Origin: a virus | Lineage: Duplodnaviria; Caudoviricetes | IMG/VR virus record: IMGVR_UViG_3300035703_000146 | Location: 1 to 47,160 of that record | Direction: 5' to 3' (one strand) | Length of the DNA: 47,160 nucleotides | In this document: in pieces, positions 9,777-17,671 of the stretch | How positions within the stretch are numbered: position 1 is the first letter of the stretch | Layout: every line of letters begins with the position of its first letter | Program-made: the position numbers and the translations under genes | The notes under the pieces: generated by a model | Seen by the model: only the letters and a program-made list of their open reading frames with translations | The model's database searches: none | What the model was told of the DNA's origin: nothing

Positions 9777-12700
9777 GTGGCACAACAAATTAAACTAAAA
9801 AGATCTGCAGTTAATGGTAAAGTTCCCCTAACAACAGATGTTGCTCTGGGGGAGCTAGCCATTAACACTTTTGATGGTAAGATGTACTTCAAAAGAGATA
9901 ATGGTACTGCTTCAATGCTTGAAGTATCTACTGTTGGGCATACCCATGCATTAAGTAGTTTAACAGGGGTTTCTATTTCATCCCCAACTACAAATCAAGT
10001 CCTACAATACAACGGTACAAATTGGGTAAATGCTACTGTTGCGGGAAGCGGTACAGTTACTTCAGTTGCTTTGTCAGGAGGAACCACAGGTCTTACTGTT
10101 ACTGGAAGTCCTATTACAACCTCTGGTACATTAACTCTTGCTACGACTACTCCAGCTAAAACATCCGCAACAACAACACTAGCAACAACAGAGTTTGTTA
10201 AACGAAGTTTTGCAACACAAGGAACAGGTGGAACATTAGATTGGAATGATAGTACAAACCTAATTCCCGGTGTTGGTCCTACTTTACTTCAAGGTAATGC
10301 AACAAATGGTCCAACACCATCAGTTGGTAGTTACTTCCATCCTCTAAATATTGAGTATGCTGGAGTTAGTGGAACAGGTAATGTAACTCAACTTGCTATA
10401 TCATATGGTACTCCCGGTAATGATATGTGGATGCGGGGTAAGTATAATAGTACTTGGACTTCGTGGATTCAGTTCCTAAATAGTGCAAACCTTTCTACTT
10501 ACGCTACAAGCACAAACACAGCTTCTAAGTTAGTAACAAGAGATGCATCAGGAAACTTTAGTGCCGGAACAATTACAGCAAGCCTAAGTGGAAACGCTAG
10601 CACAGCAACCACACTAGCTACAGGTCGTACTATTGGTATGACAGGGGATGTAACATGGACCTCAGCATCTTTCAATGGATCTGCTGATGTTACTGGAACA
10701 TCTACTTTAGCAAACTCTGGTGTAACCGCTGGTACTTATACTAAACTAACCGTTGATGCAAAAGGCCGAGCTACTTCTGGAACTACTCTAGCTTCTACTG
10801 ATATTCCTAACTTAGATACTTCTAAGATTACTTCAGGAACTTTAGATCTAGCACGAACACCGTTAGCTGCCATATTCAATAACTCAGGTGAAACCCACTC
10901 TACAAGAACAAGTTTTGATGCTACCACACCATCCTATGGTTTTGGTTGGCGATATGTTCAGGGATCAACCAATGGACCCGGAACAGGTGCAAGTCAATAC
11001 TACTCACTATATACTGGATTAGGGTCTGAGTATCCAGCAACAGGTGCTGGATCTTATGGTATGTATATGGCAGTAGACCGAAACAGCACTACCCCATACT
11101 TATCTGTTCGTTTTAATGAAAATAACTCATTAAGCACATGGAGAAAGATCCAAGCTGGTTATGCGGATAGTGCTGGTATTCTTGCAACAGGTCGTACCAT
11201 CGGTATGACCGGAGATGTTACATGGACATCAGCCTCATTCAACGGATCAGGCAATGTAACAGGAACAGCTACTCTTGCTAACTCTGGAGTAACTGCAGGA
11301 ACTTATAACTCGGTAACTGTAGATGCTAAAGGCAGAGTAACTGCGGGAACAAACCCCACAACACTATCTGGGTATGGTATTACTGATGCATTATCTAATT
11401 CAACCAGTAGTACTCAGAATGCATACTTTGGTGATATCCATCTACAAGATGATACTACACCTAGTCACTATCTGAAGATTACTGATACAGATAATCTTAC
11501 TGCAAATAGAACTCTAAACCTAACAGTAAACGATGCTGATAGAAACCTATCTCTTAGTGGAAACCTTACTGTTTCAGGAAACGCTACAGTAAGCGGCACT
11601 AATACTGGAGATCAGACCATCACTCTAACAGGAGATGTTACTGGCTCTGGTACTGGAAGCTTTGCAACAACTCTTGCTGCTTCTGGTGTAACTGCAGGAA
11701 CCTATACTAAGGTTACTGTAGATGCTAAAGGTAGAACAACTGCTGGAACAACATTAGCTTCTACGGATATTCCAAACTTAGACGCTTCTAAGATTACTTC
11801 TGGTGTTTTAGATGCAGCTCGGTTGCCAAGCTTTGTTGATGATGTATTAGAATACGCTAACCTTGCTAGCTTCCCCGTAACTGGAGAAACAGGTAAAATC
11901 TATGTAGCACTAGATACCAATAAAACCTATCGTTGGTCTGGCTCTGCATATATCTACATTACTTCAGGAGCCGTCGATAGCGTAGCTGGTAAGACCGGAG
12001 TTGTTACTTTAGTTAAGGGTGATGTAGGTCTGGGTAATGTCGATAACACCGCAGATAGTGCAAAAAATGTAGCTACTGCAGCAACATGGACAACAACCAG
12101 AACTATAAGTTTAGGAGGAGATCTAAGTGGATCTGCTTCTGTAAACGGATCAGCCGATGTAACTATTACTGCAACTATTGGTGCTAATACAGTAACTGAT
12201 GCTGACCTTCGTGATAGCGCAGCTCTCTCTGTAATTGGTAGGTCTGCTAACTCATCAGGTGATCCTGCAGATATTGCTGCAGGAACTGATGGACATGTGT
12301 TGCGTAGATCAGGAACAACTCTTGGTTTTGGTCAAGTAGCCACTGCTGGTATTGCTGATGGCGCTGTTACTGCAGCTAAATCAAGTCTTAAAATTAAAAA
12401 AGTTACTACATGGTTTACTTCTGGTTCTGGCTCTTGGACAGCTCCGTCTGATGTTTCAGATATTACTGTAACTATCTATGGTGGTGGCGGTGGTGGTGGT
12501 AGAGGATTGGGAGTATCCCCACAATATATTGGTGGTAGTGGCGGTGCTGGTGGAAGAGGAACTTTAGCTTTAACAGTAACCCCAAATACTTCTTATTCTT
12601 ATAGTATAGGAGCTGGAGGAACTGGTAATAATGATGGAAACGGAACAGCAGGCGGAAGTACTACATTTTTAGGTATAACAGCTACAGGTGGGGGTGCTGG

Positions 12701-13013
12701 ACTAGGATCGCCGGGTGGAGAAAATGGAACTAGTGGCGCACGGGGTACGGTTTCAGTTGGAACTTTACCATCAGGTGTAACATTAATTACCGATTTTCAA
12801 TTATTTGGGAGTGATAATTTACTACTACAGTTGGACTCAACATTTTTATTGGTTCAACGCGCTACTTCTGGAACAGCTGCACAAACTTTTAGTTTATCAT
12901 CTACAAGTTTATTACCCGGTGCGGGAGGTGCAGGAGAACAAGGAATCAATGGTGCGAACGCTAGAGGTGGTGTTGGTGGAGCTATTATGATTGAGTATTA
13001 TCAAATTATTTAA
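9777..13013 (+). CDS. distal tail fibre / receptor-binding protein
   Basis: GTG start after GGAG. IKLKRSAV.GKVP...LGELAINT.DGK N-terminus, SGVTAGTY.K.TVDAKGR repeats, Gly-rich C-terminal domain. Confidence 0.8.
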   Translation: MAQQIKLKRSAVNGKVPLTTDVALGELAINTFDGKMYFKRDNGTASMLEVSTVGHTHALSSLTGVSISSPTTNQVLQYNGTNWVNATVAGSGTVTSVALSGGTTGLTVTGSPITTSGTLTLATTTPAKTSATTTLATTEFVKRSFATQGTGGTLDWNDSTNLIPGVGPTLLQGNATNGPTPSVGSYFHPLNIEYAGVSGTGNVTQLAISYGTPGNDMWMRGKYNSTWTSWIQFLNSANLSTYATSTNTASKLVTRDASGNFSAGTITASLSGNASTATTLATGRTIGMTGDVTWTSASFNGSADVTGTSTLANSGVTAGTYTKLTVDAKGRATSGTTLASTDIPNLDTSKITSGTLDLARTPLAAIFNNSGETHSTRTSFDATTPSYGFGWRYVQGSTNGPGTGASQYYSLYTGLGSEYPATGAGSYGMYMAVDRNSTTPYLSVRFNENNSLSTWRKIQAGYADSAGILATGRTIGMTGDVTWTSASFNGSGNVTGTATLANSGVTAGTYNSVTVDAKGRVTAGTNPTTLSGYGITDALSNSTSSTQNAYFGDIHLQDDTTPSHYLKITDTDNLTANRTLNLTVNDADRNLSLSGNLTVSGNATVSGTNTGDQTITLTGDVTGSGTGSFATTLAASGVTAGTYTKVTVDAKGRTTAGTTLASTDIPNLDASKITSGVLDAARLPSFVDDVLEYANLASFPVTGETGKIYVALDTNKTYRWSGSAYIYITSGAVDSVAGKTGVVTLVKGDVGLGNVDNTADSAKNVATAATWTTTRTISLGGDLSGSASVNGSADVTITATIGANTVTDADLRDSAALSVIGRSANSSGDPADIAAGTDGHVLRRSGTTLGFGQVATAGIADGAVTAAKSSLKIKKVTTWFTSGSGSWTAPSDVSDITVTIYGGGGGGGRGLGVSPQYIGGSGGAGGRGTLALTVTPNTSYSYSIGAGGTGNNDGNGTAGGSTTFLGITATGGGAGLGSPGGENGTSGARGTVSVGTLPSGVTLITDFQLFGSDNLLLQLDSTFLLVQRATSGTAAQTFSLSSTSLLPGAGGAGEQGINGANARGGVGGAIMIEYYQII

Positions 13014-13025
13014 TAAGGAACAACT

Positions 13026-13280
13026 ATGGCTGAGAATCACTTAGCACTATATGTATCTGCTATGCAACTGGCGATTCTCACCATTGGCGTAGTAACTGTA
13101 ATAATTAAATTGGGAAAAAGAGAAGCCTTGATCGAATCAAACGCAGAAGAACTGCGGCAACTTAAAGACATTACTAAGGATTTAGTCAAGGCCGATATCG
13201 AACATAGCAAGAATCTAATTGGCGTTGTGGGTGACTTGAAGGCACTACGCCATCGCGTAGAAATGCTGGAGAAAGCCTAA
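13026..13280 (+). CDS. holin-like small membrane protein
   Basis: N-terminal hydrophobic helix plus coiled coil. Lies between the fibre genes and terminase, where T7-like phages keep the holin. Confidence 0.45.
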   Translation: MAENHLALYVSAMQLAILTIGVVTVIIKLGKREALIESNAEELRQLKDITKDLVKADIEHSKNLIGVVGDLKALRHRVEMLEKA

Positions 13281-13750
13281 TGCGTTATGTCTTCTTGCTT
13301 TTGCTGACTGGATGTTCTTCGGTTCAATCCGTATCCACAAGCAACCATGTCATTCAGCGTGAAGCAATGTCGATTCTACAAACTCAAGATATTAAAGTCG
13401 CCCATAAGCATGCCCACCGAATCATAGGTGAGTCTGCAGATATTGCAAAAGCTGCTGGCAGCATTACAGATATTACCCCTTGGTGGGCAGACATGATTAG
13501 CTATGGCTTTATTGCCCTAGCAATCATTGGTGTATGCGTACTTTTATGGTACACCGGAATAGGCAGTCTAATTAAAAAGATTGTCTATTCATTTGGATTC
13601 TTTATTCCAGATCGAAAACTCCAGCAGGCTAAGTTGTTAGCTGAAGTCAAGGATGAAGAAGATCCTACAACTATACGAGAAGCCATTGCTGCATTTAGAG
13701 CGCAAGATCCTGCGTTCGATGCAGCATACAAAAAAGTGAAAGGACACTAA
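13280..13750 (+). CDS. lipoprotein with internal TM helix (spanin candidate)
   Basis: Lipobox LLLLTG-C12 and hydrophobic segment GFIALAIIGVCVLLWY. TAATG-coupled to the upstream gene. Confidence 0.5.
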   Translation: MRYVFLLLLTGCSSVQSVSTSNHVIQREAMSILQTQDIKVAHKHAHRIIGESADIAKAAGSITDITPWWADMISYGFIALAIIGVCVLLWYTGIGSLIKKIVYSFGFFIPDRKLQQAKLLAEVKDEEDPTTIREAIAAFRAQDPAFDAAYKKVKGH

Positions 13751-13751
13751 T

Positions 13752-13865
13752 ATGGCATCATTTCTAGGTTCAGTTTGGTTTGGAGTTATGCTCTTTTTCG
13801 TAGGCTATGTTGCTGGTTCTGTCGTTCCAGTAACCAAGCTACCTGAGTTATTCAAGAAAAAGTGA
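13752..13865 (+). CDS. 37-aa membrane peptide (not in ORF track)
   Basis: MASFLGSVWFGVMLFFVGYVAGSVVPVTKLPELFKKK*. RBS AAGGA upstream; GTGA overlap with the next gene. Confidence 0.65.
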   Translation: MASFLGSVWFGVMLFFVGYVAGSVVPVTKLPELFKKK

Positions 13866-14086
13866 ACAAAGAACTAATCAATCTTCTCAACAGTCGCCTT
13901 ATTGAGCGTCTACTGGACGATCTTAAGGATGACACCAAATGCACTCCCGGTCTATACACGGTTGTCCGTGGTATCGTAAACGACAACCGGGAGGCATTGG
14001 ATGGTATTAGCCATAGTACTCTAGATACCCTAGAGGCCACTATGAAGTCTAAGATGCCGTTCAAGTTCAAGTCAGAGACAGTCTAG
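13862..14086 (+). CDS. terS: terminase small subunit (T7 gp18-like)
   Basis: RLLDDLKDDTKCTPGLY resembles T7 gp18 RMLADLSDHERRSPQLY. Directly upstream of the large terminase. Confidence 0.75.
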   Translation: MNKELINLLNSRLIERLLDDLKDDTKCTPGLYTVVRGIVNDNREALDGISHSTLDTLEATMKSKMPFKFKSETV

Positions 14087-14095
14087 TCTCTCTTC

Positions 14096-14130
14096 CGCCC
14101 TATGGCCCTTAATTGGGTTATAGGGCGTTT
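14096..14130 (+). terminator. hairpin / probable intrinsic terminator
   Basis: CGCCCTATGGCCC-TTAATT-GGGTTATAGGGCG, a 13-bp stem with two G-U pairs, followed by TTTCT. Confidence 0.6.
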
Positions 14131-14134
14131 CTAT

Positions 14135-14143
14135 TGTTATAAT
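14135..14143 (+). promoter_or_regulatory. possible extended -10 sigma70-type promoter
   Basis: Perfect TGnTATAAT (TGTTATAAT) in the intergenic gap about 70 nt before the terL start. Confidence 0.35.
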
Positions 14144-14211
14144 GGGCCACGGTAGCCCCCTTGACTCAAGAATCGTTTATAGGGCATTCTAGCCGCCCTA
14201 GGAGGCAAACC

Positions 14212-15903
14212 ATGCAGGCTCCCAAGGAAGTCGTAGAGGACTTCAGAAATCACCTCTACTTTAGTTTTAAGTATCTGGGCCTAGGGGAACCCACCCCCAA
14301 GCAGTACGCTATGGCTAACAGGCTGCAGGAAGGTCCGAATAACTTTATATTGCAGGCAGGCCGAGGGGATGGCAAGTCCGTTATCATGGCATGCTATGCA
14401 TCGTGGCTTCTCCTGAAAGACCACAATACTACAATACTTGTACTTTCAGCGGCAGCGGATAAGGCTATTAAGTTTATCAGCCAGACCCGTGCCATCCTAA
14501 CTCAGGTTCCTTACATGAAACATTTGGAACCCCAAGAGTTTGATAAAGACTCTGCATTTGGATTTAATGTAAATGCTAGAACTAAGTTTGGACAGGACTT
14601 GTCTATGACCGCCCGAGGCATTACTAGCCAGATCACAGGTCTACACGCAGACAAGATTATTTGTGATGACATTGAGATTCCAGAAAACTCAGACAGCCCA
14701 CAGGCTAGAGAAAAGTTGTGGGAAAGATGTCTGGAGTTGGAGAATGTAATCAACAAGCACGAAGATACCCAAGTTAGATTCCTAGGTACACCACAGTCCA
14801 AGGATTCTGTGTACAACAAACTTGGTGGTATCTACAAAATTATTAAGTTCCCTGCAGTCATGCCAGATCTAAGCAGCATAGAAGAAACAGAAGATGTTGA
14901 TTCTTATATTCTTAATCTAGGTATTGAGGCAGGAGAGTCTACACAACCCGAAAGATTTCCTACAGAGAAGCTGGCTGAGATTGAAGCAAAGATTGGGCCT
15001 ACCAACTTTGACTTGCACTATCGGTTGATGACTTCTTCTGCGGATCAAAAGAAATATCCACTACGATTGGAAGATCTAATTGTGTTGGATGTAGATCCAG
15101 AAGTCTTTCCAGTAAAGGTTGTTCATGCTAAAAGCGAAGTAAACAAGCGAGTATCCTCGTTTGGAATGAAGGGAGATTTGGTTTATGAACCAATGCATAT
15201 CGAACCTCAGTTTGTCCCGTATACACAGACGGCCATGTTTATCGACCCTTCAGGTCGCGGTGCGGACGAGACTGCAATCTGTATTGCGTCTTTTGCCCAC
15301 GGCTACATTGTCATACATGAACTCACAGGAATTCAGGGAGGCTATGATACACCCACCCTTAAGCAAATCTGCAAGCTCGTAAACCAATACGACATTAATT
15401 TAATCCGCTTTGAGTCTAACTATGGTGACGGTATGTTTGGTAAAGTACTATCGCCTGTTATCGCTCAGAACTGCGGTCAGGTTGCTATAGAAGAATACAA
15501 GGTATCCGGTCAAAAGGAAGCCCGAATCCTTTCCATCCTAGAACCAGTAATGGCTCAGCATCGGCTGGTCATTGATACTCAGGCTATTCAGGATAAGGAA
15601 AACCAGATTCAAATCACACGCCTGCAAGAAAAGCGTGGGGCACTAAAGCACGATGATCGTGTGGATGTTCTTGCTGCTGCTGTTTCTTATTGGACTGATG
15701 CTCTAGCAATAGACCCAGACCGTGAGATGGAACAGAAGCAGAGAGAAGAATACAAAGCTCAGATCAAGGAATGGATGAGCAACCGTCGAGGTATTGCCCT
15801 ATTGGGTGATAGAATCTCCGGTGCTATCCTATTGAATGGAAAGACTCCAAAGACAAATGGCTTTGGAAGTTCAATTTTAAAAAGGCAAAACAAATGGCGA
15901 TAG
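14212..15903 (+). CDS. terL: terminase large subunit (T7 gp19-like)
   Basis: Start moved to ATG 14212 after AGGAGG. Walker A AGRGDGKS, Walker B IICDDIE, LGTPQ, nuclease IDPSGRGADET and HDDRVD. Confidence 0.95.
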   Translation: MQAPKEVVEDFRNHLYFSFKYLGLGEPTPKQYAMANRLQEGPNNFILQAGRGDGKSVIMACYASWLLLKDHNTTILVLSAAADKAIKFISQTRAILTQVPYMKHLEPQEFDKDSAFGFNVNARTKFGQDLSMTARGITSQITGLHADKIICDDIEIPENSDSPQAREKLWERCLELENVINKHEDTQVRFLGTPQSKDSVYNKLGGIYKIIKFPAVMPDLSSIEETEDVDSYILNLGIEAGESTQPERFPTEKLAEIEAKIGPTNFDLHYRLMTSSADQKKYPLRLEDLIVLDVDPEVFPVKVVHAKSEVNKRVSSFGMKGDLVYEPMHIEPQFVPYTQTAMFIDPSGRGADETAICIASFAHGYIVIHELTGIQGGYDTPTLKQICKLVNQYDINLIRFESNYGDGMFGKVLSPVIAQNCGQVAIEEYKVSGQKEARILSILEPVMAQHRLVIDTQAIQDKENQIQITRLQEKRGALKHDDRVDVLAAAVSYWTDALAIDPDREMEQKQREEYKAQIKEWMSNRRGIALLGDRISGAILLNGKTPKTNGFGSSILKRQNKWR

Positions 15904-16628
15904 ATCCTGTCTCTCTGACGATGGGTGGTCTGGCGTTAGTACAAGGTGTTTTTAGTGCCCTTGGTGCATCAAGCCAAGCAAACGCTCAGTATCAGGCCCA
16001 ACTAATTCAGCAGCGTAATGAAAACTTTAGAAACAGATGGCAAACAGAAGCACAGAACCGAAATCAACTACGGCAGTACCAAGCCGCACTTGAGCGTAAT
16101 GTTCAAGTTGAGCAGGCTGCAAACAAGGAACGAGCCATTGCGGAAGTATATCTAGACCGCAACTTCCAGAACCAAAAGGGAACCCTTAGCAAGCAAACCA
16201 ATCTAGCCAATGCTGCCTTCCTTACTGCTATGCAAGGTAAGGGCATTAGTGGCGACAGCGGTACAGCCAGAGCCTTGTTCCGACAGAACATGGAAGCTCT
16301 AGGCAAGAACATGCTAGCCATGAAGACTACCTATCGTAATGCCTATCGGGATATCGAAACACAGCAGGCTGGTCGTTTGGCTCAGAGAGCCGACACCATG
16401 TTCCCCAATCAGGTAACTTACCTACCATCAACTGGCGGTATTGTAAATTCTGCTAGCTCCGCTCTAACAACCGGACTCATTAGCGCAGGCATCCAAGGCT
16501 TTGCTGCTGGTTATCAGGCCGAACTACAATACGGCGGTGGCGGTGGTGGAGGCTTTGGTGGTAATGGTTCTGACGCATCTCTATCTGCCTCACAACTTGC
16601 AGCTAGACAAGCAATAAGAGGATTCTAA
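15894..16628 (+). CDS. internal virion protein (gp14-like)
   Basis: DP-start, hydrophobic Gly/Ala N-terminus, Gln/Ala-rich coiled coil, GISGDS motif, Gly-rich C-terminus. Confidence 0.65.
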   Translation: MAIDPVSLTMGGLALVQGVFSALGASSQANAQYQAQLIQQRNENFRNRWQTEAQNRNQLRQYQAALERNVQVEQAANKERAIAEVYLDRNFQNQKGTLSKQTNLANAAFLTAMQGKGISGDSGTARALFRQNMEALGKNMLAMKTTYRNAYRDIETQQAGRLAQRADTMFPNQVTYLPSTGGIVNSASSALTTGLISAGIQGFAAGYQAELQYGGGGGGGFGGNGSDASLSASQLAARQAIRGF

Positions 16629-17671
16629 TGGCTACTAAAGATCTATATCAATCCTTAGCCCAGATCGCTAAGCAGGCTGTATCAATTACCCCAATTGAAG
16701 AAGACCCAAACAAACAGATAATTAACAAAGAGATCAACCAGATCAAAAAGGTTACTGACTTAGCTGCCAAGATGTATCCCAATAACAAGGATAGTCAGTT
16801 TGGTTACTTTAAGAAGACAGTCGATATCTCTGGTATGACTCCAGAAGCCAAAAACTTTTATTGGAATCAGTACCAGAAGATTAATCCTAGAGGTCTAGAG
16901 GGCACTAAGCAAGACTACATTAACATTACCGCCAGAGAACTAAATCAAATCTCTGGTGTATCTCGTAAAGAGTTCTATCTACGAAACCAGCTAGCCAATG
17001 CTCCAGAATGGGTTAAGCCTGTGTTAGAGCCAGAGCTAGCGAAACTATCTACCGTTGTTGCCAATGCCAACTATAGCAAAGCAACCAAGGTATATGAAGA
17101 AGATGTCAAGGTTAGGTCCAATGTATTCCTAGCCAACGCTCAACTTGATCCCGATGTTTCCATTGAGGATCATACTGCCGACATGGTTCGGCTTGAGCAA
17201 ATGAATCTTCTGGATATTGGCGCTGTCGTAAACGGCAGAGTTGGAGTCTATAAGAATGGCAAAGAGTTTGTACCTAGCTTTGCAATCAAAGGTAGGAATG
17301 AAATCCTATCGGATGATCCTTATGGAGCGCCCTCTGCTGAAGAACAACTACGAATCAAAGAAACAACAACACCTTACTTTAAGCAGGCTGTTGAACGAAA
17401 GATCTATACCAACCAAAGCACAATCAACCGGGAAGAGCAGATGTCCGCTAAGATGGCGAGTCGTATGCTTGAGGACGGTAAGTTTACGCTTGATCGTTGG
17501 GGCGAGGCTTTCTCAATGAATCCTGAATCAAACCCACAAGAAGAAATTCTCCGTGGCTTAAAGGGTGAAATCTCCGCAAAGAGAGTTAAGACTTATCAAG
17601 ACCTTGCTCAGACTATCTATACAGCAATGAGCAAATACGGCAATATGCTTGGAGAAAACAACAATGGCTGA
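16628..17671 (+). CDS. probable internal virion protein
   Basis: 347-aa helical ORF translationally coupled within the internal-protein block. Confidence 0.45.
   Translation: MATKDLYQSLAQIAKQAVSITPIEEDPNKQIINKEINQIKKVTDLAAKMYPNNKDSQFGYFKKTVDISGMTPEAKNFYWNQYQKINPRGLEGTKQDYINITARELNQISGVSRKEFYLRNQLANAPEWVKPVLEPELAKLSTVVANANYSKATKVYEEDVKVRSNVFLANAQLDPDVSIEDHTADMVRLEQMNLLDIGAVVNGRVGVYKNGKEFVPSFAIKGRNEILSDDPYGAPSAEEQLRIKETTTPYFKQAVERKIYTNQSTINREEQMSAKMASRMLEDGKFTLDRWGEAFSMNPESNPQEEILRGLKGEISAKRVKTYQDLAQTIYTAMSKYGNMLGENNNG

Noticed and set aside
7178-13013. Diversity-generating retroelement suggested by the Mtd_N-like domain and paired fibre tips
   Set aside because: No reverse transcriptase in the window. 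The tips match at protein level, not as a near-identical DNA pair differing only at adenines.
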